This document shows positions 11,462 through 23,685 of a stretch of 64,000 bases of DNA, in pieces. A program made the translations under genes and the position numbers. The notes under the pieces were generated by a model. The model was not told where the DNA came from. It saw only the letters and a list, made by a program, of their open reading frames with translations, and made no database searches. This stretch comes from Podarcis muralis (Eukaryota): NCBI RefSeq assembly GCF_964188315.1, contig NC_135659.1, positions 56,854,001 to 56,918,000 on the forward strand, in the 5' to 3' direction. The first letter of the stretch is position 1; every line of letters starts with the position of its first letter.

Positions 11462-13157
11462 CAAGAACAGGATAATGGTTTAGTTTTCAGAGAGGCAGAT
11501 TAAATGCCCAAGTGGACTCACTTGAATACAGTTCTTACTACATGACATTTTTTTTAAAAAAGAAATCAATTTATAAGGAGATTCATATGGATAGATCCTA
11601 GGTTGCATTCCTACGCTTACTCATAATGGGGTATGTTTAGAATAAACACGATCCAGGCAGTTGATCTTAGAGCAGATTCATCTTGGAAGACTGTGAGACT
11701 CCTGCAGATATGCAATCCAGATTCATACTCATGGGAAGTTGCTTTATACCAAATTAGAACGTTCATCCATGTGGCTCCTGCATTGGGATAGAGCTGCAGA
11801 ACAGCCCTCCCAGCACTGCTTTTGCTACAGCTTAGCTGGATGGGGAAGGGCAAGGCAGTGGCAAATTGGGCTGTGGCTGCACAAACACACTGACACAGCA
11901 AGCCAGTCAACTCTGACTGGCAGCAGCTCACTGGGATTTTGGAAAGGAGTCTTTTCCAGCTCTGGCTGGAGATACCAGGTTTAAAACTTTCTGCATGTCC
12001 TCTGCCACTGAGCTACACTCCTTCCTCATCAAGTATTAAGCATAACTCTCCTGTCTTACTGTTCTTTGTGGATCTTTGTGTAGCTTAGTATTATAAGATG
12101 TGAGCTAATTGTGGGAACAAAACGGTAGCATGCTACATACCCAGTTTTTATATTACTGGTGGAAAAATCCGTAGTAAAAAGTTTTAGTTATCCTCCTCTA
12201 AGTATCTGTTTCCCCTTTGGAGGTGGGATGTTGCAAAATTCATTGCCAGCTTTACTGCACTTTTTCCTGGATCAATTTGACCTTTGGGCTGCAGCAATGA
12301 GAACCTCTAAACCTGACCGCTCCTGAGGGTTCTGTAGAAGCAGCTAATTAAAAACAATTTCTGAAAATCAAGACAGAAAACTGAAAGGATAGCTGGATGC
12401 AAAACTGCTCTGGCTTGCTGAGACTTAACCCTCAACATCTGTTTGCTCCGGCCTTTGCAAAAATACCAGCCGCTCTTGCTCTGTGCGAACTTTTGCAGTG
12501 GCCAATCAGATGAAAAGGAAGCAAATATATGAGACAGGAGATGATGAAATGTCTCAGGACCTTCTGGATATAATTGATAGTCTCAATTTGCATAGGAAAT
12601 GACAGGGCTGCTGCTCATATGCCACAAAAGAATCCCTATTTATGCAAAGGTCAGAATAATTAGCATAGGGTTGCTGTTCCAGAGGCCTGCCCCCACAGTA
12701 CAATTTACCTGTAGAAAGGGAGCCTTTCTTTCTGTGAGGAAAAGATTGAGAAAGAATAGAAGGAAATAATAGCTAGTCCTCCTAGCAAAAGGCTCTGTGT
12801 ATAAATTGGTCTGTAGGCCTTATCAGTAACCTTATTAGTTGCTGCTGATGCCAAGGAGACCAGCAGCCACACACCAGAGCTTTATTTCTAAAAAGAAAAT
12901 AAAGAGTGGTACTGCAGATCAAATTTGCCAGCAAGTAGTAGTCTCAGGATTGCAGACCATCCTCAATTTTCAGACTTGGAAGTGGAACTTCTATATATAT
13001 GGAACAGTATTCTTATCTTTAAGAACGTTTTATATATGCCAGTGCTATATCTTGGCTTTTCAGAACAAGTTCCAGGGCTAAACCTTGGCTTAGATGAAAT
13101 CCTGCTTATAGTAAAACTGAAAATATGAGACCAGATCAATGGAATCATAGAGCTGGA

Positions 13158-13294
13158 CGAGATGGTTGGACAGTGTTCTCGAAGCTACCAACATGAGTTT
13201 GACCAATCTGCGGGAGGCAGTAGAAGACAGGAGTGCCTGGCATGCTCTGGTCCATGGGGTCATGAAGAGTTGGACACGACTAAACGACTAAACA
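13158..13294 (+). mobile_element. BovB 3' fragment inserted into an older minus-strand tRNA/CR1-tail SINE
   Basis: Matches the 3' end of the 5274 copy. 9-bp TSD agagctgga at 13149-13157 and 13295-13303. Confidence 0.92.
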
Positions 13295-14938
13295 AGAGCT
13301 GGAACCCCCTGTCCAACCCCCTGTACTGTAGGAATCTTTTGCCCAGAGTAGAGCTCAATCCTATGACCCTGATACTACCGACTGAGCTGTCCCAAGAAAA
13401 ATATCCCGTCTTGCCCTGTTGCTGTGGGCTGACATCTATGACTTGCCAGAAAGCAGCCACTACTGCAGAGATATGAATGGAAAGGGGTCTTCCAGTCTTG
13501 GAAGTGGTCCTGGAGAAATCCATCACCAGAGAGTGAGAGACTGCAATGGATTCCTGAAGAAACTGAAAGGAAGGAGCTTCAGCCACATAGCTCACATGCT
13601 CATGGTTGGACAGCATTTCTTTACACAAGGAACCTCAACCATTTGGGGCCCAGGAAATCTAAGAACTCTCATGGGCACCACTTTGCACAGAGGAAGACTG
13701 GTGATGCTCAGAACACACCCCACTAACTAAAACCAGACAACATAAACAAGTAAGAGCAGGCATCCCATAAAAAAGGCAACCTGCTCAACCAAACAATCTT
13801 CAGAAAACCCTCATTAAAATTAAAGAGGGGCAGGGAGCTGTTTGGAGCAAAAAGGGGGCTTTTGGTGGTTCTATAGTGTCCAGAGTCACCATGTTGGGAG
13901 CCCCAGATTTACATTTTCACAAATGTCCCTCTTTTTCAATAATAAGAATAATAAAGCATTTGGGACTCCCACTTTCCAACCTCTCATTCAGCTCAAGGGA
14001 ATCAGCCTCACTGGGTCATTTTGCCCTACACACCATCCACAGTGAATATCCTGATTACTCATCCCATATTTTGACATTTCAGAGCTACAACTTCAGGATG
14101 ATGAAGCCACCATCTCAGTCCTTTTATCCAAACATCATTTGCACAAATAAACACAAAAAAAGAAATAAATCTTGTTAGCAAAACTGACAGCAAATGAGTG
14201 GGGAGATGGTTTCTCTATGGCAGGAAGAACCCCTAGAGGTAAGAGGTTAATGGAGAGCAGCTCATGAATAACCATGAGCAATAACTATTTATAAGGCAAA
14301 CACAAGGTCCAAACTCTGGGATATTTTAATTATTTTGGAATAGTGAAAGCTAAATTAGGGACAATGAGTAGGGAAAGGCAGCAGCCCATCATCAAGGAGG
14401 CATCTGCTCCTTCCCAGTTTTATCACACAATAGCCAATTGTTTGAAATGACAATTGCAAGGAGATCAGTTGTCACAGAGCTTGATTAGCATCTTGTCCTA
14501 GTAAACATCAATGGAGGCAATCCAAACTTATCAAATAATGACACTTGCAAAGAGGCAGTTATGGAAAGACAAGCTCATCACATGCAAGTTCCTTATGCGC
14601 TGCTAATGGCTGCATGCTTATGATTAGGAATGTCAGAGGAATCCGTTGAAAACAGACTGCTCCGTAGATTTACACCTGCCCTTTCAACCCCCATTGCAGC
14701 TCTTACTATGGATGCTTTTCGCCTTAGTTCTCTGCAGCAAATGATATTTTTACAGGCGCACATTATACATAAATAGGTACACATATAGATATGGAAACAG
14801 CTTGGTGTTATACATTATTTGCATATTCACTGACGTAACTGCTGATATTCTGAAGTGTTGTTTGTTGCCAGAAGTAGCCCAAGACTGCAATTCTAACCCG
14901 GGATTGTATACATGATAGTTAAGGTGAATGTTCCATGA

Positions 14939-15503
14939 TGTCATGGTAGGGTGCTGGCCGAGCCAAGACAGAGAAGAGGCATGGCTGACAGATGACCCCA
15001 GGGAGGGTTCCCGTGGACTGGAAAGGTCTCTATCCAAATGGGGAGAACCCAAGGAAGAGGATCCCAAGGGAGGGATTTCCCTCACCTCGTCCCATTTCCC
15101 CACCAGTCCCTGCAGCACAATGCACAGGCTCCACCTCCATCTTCAGAGATGTTACAGGATGATTCTGATTCTTCCACTTTGCTGATCATGCAAGCAACTC
15201 TGCCTCCAGAGTTGTCAGAAACCATGTCCAATCCCAGCCCTCTGGGAGAGGTGTTGCCTCACCTGTTCCATCTACCTCTGAGGTGCTTCCATCCCCACCC
15301 AGGTAACAGAGACACAGGCGTGAACAGATGGGAAGGATTCAGCCTTCTTGGAGAAATGTTAGGTTACTCCCTCAATCTGAGGGTCAGAGTCACTTGCCAT
15401 GCTGAGTTGTGTTTGTTCCTTTCCCTTATGGTGGAGTTGTAGAGTGTGTGTCATTGTCAGAGCAGTATATTTGATTGTATATCACCTGTTGTGCCTTTGA
15501 ACA
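14939..15503 (+). mobile_element. Putative LTR-like remnant (boundaries uncertain)
   Basis: Starts tgtcatgg. The GC- and purine-rich body has the same general layout as 58702-59303. No clean 3' end or TSD found. Confidence 0.35.
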
Positions 15504-16446
15504 GCATTTTGCCTATGTGGCTCACTGAGCTGAGTATTAAGATTTTGGTAGAAACCACAATCTGAGTTTCAGTTCTTCATCAAGTGGGAAACAGGACACA
15601 TTAGCGCAACGACTTCTCCTTGGGTAACAAAATGTTCTTCCCTGCTCCCCCTCTGTGTGCCCCCAAAGTCTGTTCTGGGGTTTCTCCAGAAAAGGCATGG
15701 GGTGGTGTTCATGCAGGAAGAGAGGGGTCAATTCACATTGCACTAGTGCTAATCCTTCTGCTACTGGAACTTTTCCCATACTTCCCCATGTCTACTCAGA
15801 AGTAAATCAGATTGAATTCAAGGAGGCTTGAGGATTTCAGTCTTAATATGCTTCCTACTGTGAATTTTTTAAAGGGAAAAAAAACAATGCAAAGTATTGC
15901 TCATTATTGTTCTTTTTACACAAAAAGAAGTGAACTTCTTTGTTCCTGTGCTCTTCTGTTAAAGTTTGAATTGTCAACATCTTGATGTGACTGCTCATGT
16001 TTGATAACTCATCCATCCCCCAAACCTTACTATAAAACTAAAATTAAATTTCAAATTCTTTTCCTCTTTCCCACCTGAAGTTTTGTTGACTTAAAACTTG
16101 TTATTTGCTACAAGCAGCCTCTATGCACGTACTCAAATGCCTTTGTACTGTACTGTAAATTTAAAAATTGAGCATTCATCATTATACTTTTCACATGGAA
16201 GGAATACATTGGCATAAAAAGAGGATTTCAAGGTTTTGAAAAACAAAAACATGTTTACTACAAACAGTAAAAACATAGGAGAATGCCTGTAAAATGTTTT
16301 AATATACCCACAGGATTCATGCAATCCAGGACAAAATGAACGAAACATTAACAGGATGCTAAATTGTCCCTCCCTGATGCCCGAGTGAGGGAAATGAGAC
16401 AGCATGACAAGTTTATACTGAACTGTGAAATTAAGTTAGTAAGATA

Positions 16447-16536
16447 GGCTGCAATCCTAACCACACTTACGTGAAAGTAAGCTCTGCAGAATTCAATGCA
16501 GCTTCCATCTAAGTAGGCATGGTTAATTTTGCAGCC
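16447..16536. mobile_element. Short palindromic old MITE (caatccta...cttac/gtaag type)
   Basis: ggctgcaatcctaaccacacttac...gtaggcatggttaattttgcagcc with imperfect inverted ends. A related half copy is at ~59881-59951. Confidence 0.5.
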
Positions 16537-18925
16537 ATAGATGGGTTTCTGATGGGTCATTAGCTACTTCATTAACTTTGGTTTTAAGGTGTCACACGAC
16601 TCTTTGGGTGTTTTGCTGCAAAAGACTAACAGGGCTACTCTTCTCTGAAAATTCATTAACTTTGAAAGGGAACACACAGGTAAGGTAATTGATTTGCAAA
16701 TATCTGCTGATGGCCGAGATACATTTGTGTGCTGTGTAAAAAAACAAAAACAAAACTGTATTTCCATATCAGTGAACAATAAAATGGAAGGCAAATGTTT
16801 GAAAAAACAAAACGGATTGCAGCAGAACAGAAAATACCTGAAGTGTGAATGACTGACACAATGGACCGAGGCAGGTTTGTACATCCCTATTTATGATTAA
16901 AAGGCTATTATGCTGCTTGATGGATGACATGATTAGCATGCCATCAAATGATAATTGCAGCCCCAGCCCCTGTGCAAGGTCACAGGCACAGGGAATGCCC
17001 ACACCACGCTTATTTGTGGGGCTGAGCAAGAGGTGTAAGGCGCCTCTGGATATCTGGTGTCAGTCTCACTGGAATCCTACATATCTTTGGGGATGGATAA
17101 CCTCAGCATCAGGACGGCTTCCTGCGCTAGTACATGGATGTCTGATGGAGATAAAAGGATACCAGGAACATGTCCCTTGTTTGTGCAGCTCTGTGTGTCA
17201 CAGCATCCAACCTGCCTGGAATGCATCCAGCTGCCATGGGGTGGTGCGAAAGGATTAAACACGTTGTGCGTCCATGCACAGGCAATGAAGAATCAGGACC
17301 CTCCTATCTCTGGCGCCAGCTTCCAAGGCAGTTTGTCAGGCAGGAAACTCGTTACAGAATGCCTGTGTGTTCCTTATATTAGGCTGTAGGCTATAAAAGT
17401 TAAGAGTCCATAGCTATCCATCTCAACACCTTGGCTTAATCCCTGTGCACTGGTGAGGGTGGACAGAATACGAAGACAAGAAGAGTATGTTAGCAGGCTA
17501 GTGCAGAAGAAAGATAAAGAAGAGATCTGTTTGAGAGTCAGACAGCTCTGGGGATTTAGCTTTTAATGCCTTTGATATATTATGTAAATCTTTTTTCATC
17601 TGGGGTTGTTGTTATTTTGAACTTTACATTTTATTAATTGATATCATAATGCAAAACTTGAAGAAAGGGGAAGGGGATTTAGCTGTGTGCACAAGAACCA
17701 CAGACAGGCTTTCTGTATACATTATCATCACCAATGTATATAAAAGCCAGCTCTGAGAATTATGTCGTGCTCCAGGGCTGTCATGCTGGAGCGTGACCAA
17801 GAGACATTACTCAGGGAACCAACGGGGGGGAGTAGCACACACACAAGCACACACAAACACACAACAAACAGAACTAGCAACGGAATGGGAAACAGAAGTG
17901 GGGGCATCTCCTTACCTCTCTCCCCGTTCAAAAGAATCTTCCGAATTTGAAGCATAGGAAATGCATTGGGGAATTCTCAGCTGAGTAACTCTTAGATCCT
18001 GGCCCCGTGAACATTCGTATTAATCAGAAAGGGCAAAGTATCTTGAGGGCTTTCCTTTTTCAATACTGAATCACAGTGAATTATTGATCTCTGCATTCTC
18101 CTGCTACTCGCTCCTTCTTACCGGGGAGGGGAGATGACGACTAAAATTCTTATAAAGTGAGATTTATTCTCCCACTTCTTCCCATGTATCACTTCTTCCC
18201 AGATTTACAAGAAGTTTCTATTTAGTATGTCTTATTCCCATGTCTTTCCAACATCATCTGGAAAAGTAGAAATACAGATATAGGGGGGGAGAGAGAAATA
18301 TATGTGGCTCTGGCTGCCTACTGTTCACGGGCTGTTCACACAAGGGACAAGTCCACTGTCCATGACAATTTACTGGTGCACTTATAACAGGATTGAAGGG
18401 CAGAAGCCCAGGGCCCCACACAGCAAAATGAGCAACTCACAGCAGGGCTGGCTTATTTTGAATTGTGAAGGAATACCCACTAAATTGAGGAGGAGTGGCT
18501 GTAAGACCAAAGTCCAGAATCTAATGTAACCTAATGACACTGCTGTGTCCATCCATCCAAACCTTTCCCATCCATTGAACATTGGAAGGGCGACTGTATC
18601 TAGAACTGTCAGATCTCTGGAGTTGGTCCTGAGACTTAGGTTTGGGGAATCGATTCTCAGTGCCAAAAGCTGGCAAATTAAACCTCGGGGCTGTCAGCTG
18701 CTGCACACTTGATTCTTTTTTTCAAAGTGTGCAGCCCTGCTGATTGAAACCTGTGCTATACAATCTCTGCACATGCATAGCCACATGAAACTGTGCTGAT
18801 GGGGTACACTTAAAAGACTTTCATCAAAATATTGGAGGGGAACTTCTGGCAGGGAACTTCAGACTGGTTTCTCAAGCTCAGTGGGCCTGTGAGTTCATTT
18901 ACAGAGCAATCCTACACATATCTAT

Positions 18926-19372
18926 AATTATTATTATTTTTATTATTATTATTATTACTATTATTAATACTCCGCCCATCTGGCTGAGTTTCCCCGGCCA
19001 CTCTGGGCGGCTTCCAATCAAGTGTTAAAAACAATACAGCATTAAATATTAAAAACTTCCCTAAACAGGGCTGCCTTCAGATGTCTTTTAAAAATAGGAT
19101 AGCTGCTTATTTCCTTGACATCTAATGGGAGGGTGTTCCACAGGGTAGGCGCCACTACCGAGAAGGTCCTCTGTCTGGTTCCCTGTAACCTCACTTCTCG
19201 CAATGAGGGAACCACCAGAAGGCCCTCGGCACTGGTTCTCAGTTTCCGGGCTCCACAATGGGTGGAGACACTCCTTCAGGTATACAGGACTGAGGCCATT
19301 TAGGGCTTTAAAGGTCAGCACCAACACTTTGAATTGTGCTCGGAAATGTACTGGGAGCCAATGCAGATCTAC
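18926..19372 (-). mobile_element. L2 LINE 3' fragment
   Basis: Minus-strand peptide VLTFKALNGLSPVYLKE, 3' motif gccgcccagagtggccggggaaac and an (AAT)n tail. Confidence 0.88.
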
Positions 19373-20394
19373 TCAGAAGAAAGCCCCACATTTAGTATTG
19401 TTGCAACTATGCTTAAAAACCATGAATTTAGCCTTCCTCACACACAGAAACAACCCACATTATATGAAGTGAGTTCAGTGTCCTAGAAGGCATCTCCAAC
19501 AAGAAAACACTTGAAATTCTTTTTCATTAAAAGGATGATTCCGAATCTTTAGTTCTCGTGCCATGTTTTTCCCCATATTGCTGCTTTTTAAAAAATGTGA
19601 ACGCTTCTACCGTTCTCAAATCTTTGTGAGTTCAGGCTCAGAGACAAAATAATAAGATTCATGCTCAAACCATGAGAGCTGTAGAACTTATATTTGTTTT
19701 GTCCCTATTCACAGTCATCCAAAGAACACTCGGGCTATGGATGCATTGCATTTTTGAATACAGCTACTGTGGCTCCCCAATTACAGTTCAAAGCAAAGTA
19801 ACCGCTCCCAATTTGAATGCCTGTTCCAGTCTGCAGACTAGGAACAGGAAGATTCTATTTGCTGTTGGGAGTAGGTGAGGAAAAGAAGAAGGCTAGATTA
19901 AATCCATTCACAAATAACAAGATTTGCATGCTAAACACCTGCAAGCTGCTTTGGTATTTCACTTCCCTGAATGAAAAAGCAACATCCATGACTTTTAAAA
20001 GAAAGAAAGAAAAGTACAGAATGAATGAATTCCACAAAGATAAAAATGTTAAGTTAGCCTACTGCCGGCTCTGAAAGAAATAGACTTTTTTACATACACA
20101 TTTCTTCTACTATTATGCCTCTCTTCCGAAGAGAGGCAACAACAGACTTAGTGCAGTTTCTTTTGGAAGTTCCACTCTCAATTTTGGGGTAGCTAATGTG
20201 ACCATTGTCCATATTTCAACAACACCTGGAGAGGATCATTCAAAATGTTGGTGTTGAGCTTTAAAGCTCTAAAACAGCCTCAGCCCAATATACCTGAAAG
20301 AGTGGCTCCACCCCCATCGTTCAGCCTGGACACTGAAGTCCAGCTTTGAGGGCCTTCTGGTGGTTCACTCACTGCAAGAAGTGAGACATATTGG

Positions 20395-20475
20395 GAAGTT
20401 TTAAATGTTTGATGTTGGAAGCCGCCCAGAGTGGCTGGGGCAGCCCAGTCAGGTGGGCAGGCTAATAATAATAAT
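20395..20475 (+). mobile_element. L2 3' terminal fragment
   Basis: ttggaagccgcccagagtggctggggcagcccagtc followed by a taataataat tail. Confidence 0.75.
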
Positions 20476-20476
20476 G

Positions 20477-21040
20477 TTTTTTTTTTATTTATACCCCGCC
20501 CATCTAGCTGGGTTTTCCCAGCCACTCTGGGAAGCTCCCAACTGAATATTAAAGACGCAATAAAACATCAAACATTAAAACCTTCCCTAAACAGGGCTAC
20601 CTTCAGATGTCTTCTAAAAGTCAGATAGTTGTTTAATTCCTTGACATCTGATGGGAGGGCATTCCACATGGTGGGCGCCACTACCAAGAAGGCCCTCTGT
20701 GGTCTCTGAGAGCCAGTGTGGTGTAGTGGTTAAGAGCGATAGACTCATAATCTGGTGAACCGGCTTCGCCTCCCCACTCCTCCACATGCAGCTGCTGGGT
20801 GACCTTGGGCCAGTCACACTTCTTTGATGTCTCTCAGCCCCACTCACCTCACAGAGTGTTTGTTGTGGGGGAGGAAGGGAAAGGAGAATGTTAGCCGCTT
20901 TGAGACTCCGGGTAGTGATAAAGCGGGATATCAAATCCAAACTCCTCCTCTTCTTCTCCTCCTCTGCCTGGTTCCCTGTACCTTCACTTCTCACAGTGAG
21001 GGAACCACCAGAAGGCTCTCGGAGCTGGACCTCAGTGGAT
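20477..21040 (-). mobile_element. L2 3' fragment interrupted by a SINE
   Basis: Same family as 18926-19372. The sequence gaaggccctctg|cctggttccctgt is split by the SINE at 20708. Confidence 0.85.
20708..20960 (+). mobile_element. tRNA-derived squamate SINE (Squam3-like) nested in L2
   Basis: Near-identical to 6558-6810. cctctg is repeated at 20694-20699 and 20961-20966. Confidence 0.87.
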
Positions 21041-21558
21041 CACATTGACTACCTGTGATTTTGTATTTAACAGCTTGCAGCTGTTTAGACAGAAGTGTGC
21101 TTACCTGGCCATCAGCAGTGCAAGTGGGGTGCTTTTGTGAACACCTCAGAGATCCTGCTCTGCTGTGACCAAGGAGGGAGTTTGTTGACCAGCAGCTGGC
21201 ACTTGGGAAGCTGTAGTTAAACAGGATTTAGGTCAGTCATGATTGGCAAGGTTGTTCAGGGGATGACTTCAATATGTAGGGATTTAGTGAGTACTCAGAG
21301 ACACCATTAAGTTCAGAGGGGAGTTATGGAGCTTTTATTTGAGGGATGTGAGACCCAGTGGGCTCGGTATGGGTACCCTTTGGAGCCAACCTGGGTTACC
21401 TGGGGGAGCTTTGGATCCTTAGGGTGTGCCTTTGGAAGGACTCCCTCAATACCTGAACAGGTGTGGTCATTGAGGAAGGGCTAATGGACATAACTGTCCC
21501 TAAACCCCACATTGGCTATTTCACTGTAGTGAGTTAATAATTGAGCCCACACATTTTA

Positions 21559-21722
21559 CCGTATTTGTCCATGTATAAGACTATATTTTTTCCTAAATTT
21601 TTGAAGTTTAAAATGAGGGGTCGTCTTATACAGGGATAGCGCATAGTGTATTTTCTTAATTTTGAGTCCCCCAAAATAGGGGGCGTATTATACACTGGGA
21701 CATGTTATATACGGAAAAATGC
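21559..21722. mobile_element. Tc1/mariner(pogo)-type MITE
   Basis: ta|ccgtatttgtcc...ggaaaaat termini. Same family as 24270-24438. Confidence 0.7.
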
Positions 21723-21974
21723 TGTAGGTTGCAGTTATTGCTATAAATTACACTTAACAAGCATTATTCAACTAATCCATTTTGTCAGTGCAAGGCTTCC
21801 TGCTTGCACAACAGGACTCCCACCCCTCCTCTCCCTGTGCACAGTCCCACACCTTTTAGGGCCCCCCGCAACAAAGGATTAAAATAATACTGAATTGATC
21901 TTGGAATAAAATTACATAAACATATTAGGAGATTTTGACTGCCTAGGGGCCTCCAGCACTGCCTGTGCACATGA

Positions 21975-22419
21975 TGTTAGAATTCTAGCTCCATGATTGC
22001 AGTCATGGGATTTTTGTCTATCACATGACGGTGTATGTTTTGACTCCACAGAGTGGGAAGTGACGGAGATAGGATGCTTGTGTTACTGTGTTCTATGAAG
22101 TGGGACTATTGTCCTTTGTTCTTTCTCTTTGCTGTCTGATGCTAGAGAGAGAGGGAGCCATGTTGCAGTGTTCCGTGTGTGTTTATATGTAAATAAAGTA
22201 GATTAGCCAAAATGCTGAGTTGCTGAGGTCTGCTACGCAAACTGTGAAGACTCTGCGGATCCCTAAATGTGCCGTTGTCTGTTGGCATTGGTCGCTATGA
22301 TGTTCAGGCTGAAGAAAGCTTTTGAAGCTCCCGAATAATCGATCAGGAGGGAGGGAACATGCCAGTCGGGTATGTGTCTCTACCAGGGTCCTACTTGAGT
22401 ATAGGACGAACTCCTGACA
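21975..22419 (+). mobile_element. Probable solo LTR
   Basis: TGTTAG...CTGACA ends, internal AATAAA (~22192), 445 bp. No TSD is recognisable. Confidence 0.55.
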
Positions 22420-22731
22420 CACCCTGCACCCTCCCCAAATTTGATCCAGATGGTTGTGGGAAGCCCGAGAATGGATTTAGGGGCATATTGGGGGAAGAGG
22501 GGAGGAACTTTCTGTCATGCAAGTAGAAGTCCTATAAGTACTGATGGAATGTACGCTTAGCACTATGTTGGATTCTACCCAATTCATTATGGCCCTAGTT
22601 AAGTCAACACTCTTGTGTCTTGCCTCATTATTCTTGGCTGCACTCACAATAGCTTGGTTGCTTAACATCTCAAACAACCCTCCAGAATCTATGGGGGTGG
22701 GGCATAGCCCAGATGAAAACACTGGTTTTGG

Positions 22732-22922
22732 GGCTGCATACACACTGTACCTTTAAAGCAGCTTCAAAGCACATTCCCCACCTCAAAGAATTCTGGACAC
22801 TGTAGTTTGTTAAGGATGGCTGATAACTGTAATTCTGTGAGGGGTAAACTACAGTCCCCAGAATTCTTTGAAGGAGTAAATATTCATCACGCATGCTTTA
22901 AAGGTACAGTGTGTACACAGCC
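22732..22922. mobile_element. PIF/Harbinger-type MITE
   Basis: Terminal inverted repeats (TIRs) of ~29 bp, ggctgcatacacactgtacctttaaagca / tgctttaaaggtacagtgtgtacacagcc, with a 3-bp TSD tgg. Confidence 0.8.
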
Positions 22923-23395
22923 TGGATACTATATAGACCCAAAGCAAAAGCATAGCTCTTAATCCAAGAGCTAAAGTGAAGAATGTCCTGCTTTCTTTTG
23001 ACAGAAAACTGAATCACTAAATTCCAAGGTCAAGGGGAGAGCCAATATCTAAAAGCAGCACTACTGATGCCTGATATACTGAGTCTACCTGCCAGTCTGT
23101 GCAATGCAGCTCACTGTGGCTACTGCCTCATACTTTTCATTTAAAGGCTGGGAGTGTGGCCAAATTCATTGTTTTTGTCCTTGTGGGGAAGCAGATGGAT
23201 GGGCAGGAGGGAGTTGGATCAACAGATTCTGGGACTAACATAGACCAGGAAGGCAAGCAAAACAGATAGCAGATTCTGAGCAGCCAGAGAAGAGCAAAAC
23301 CTCTTACACAACTGATGAGCCCCTGAGACACACTAGGACCAGCATTCTCTCAGACATCAGAGATGGCTGCTTTTGTAAGGAGCTCTGGCAACTTA

Positions 23396-23685
23396 GGGCT
23401 CATCCACACTTCCTTTTGTGCTGTGCTTTCCAGGCACAGGTCTGGGATTTCCAAGTCTGTATGCAAGCAGGTTTTTGTTTTTCTTTGTCCTGGCACTTTC
23501 TCCAGGAAAACCCACATGCTACTGCTGAATCAGAGCAAATGGCAATTCATGGAAAACCTGATTGCCATTTGCTCTGGTAAAACACAGGTTTTACCTGTGA
23601 CAAAAAAGAAACCAATCTAACATGGACCTGAAAATCCTGGACCTGAGCCTAGAAACACAACACAAAAGGATGTCTGGATGAACCC
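23396..23685. mobile_element. PIF/Harbinger-type MITE
   Basis: 25-bp TIRs (gggctcatccacacttccttttgtg / cacaaaaggatgtctggatgaaccc, 3 mismatches) with TSD TTA on both sides. Confidence 0.85.
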
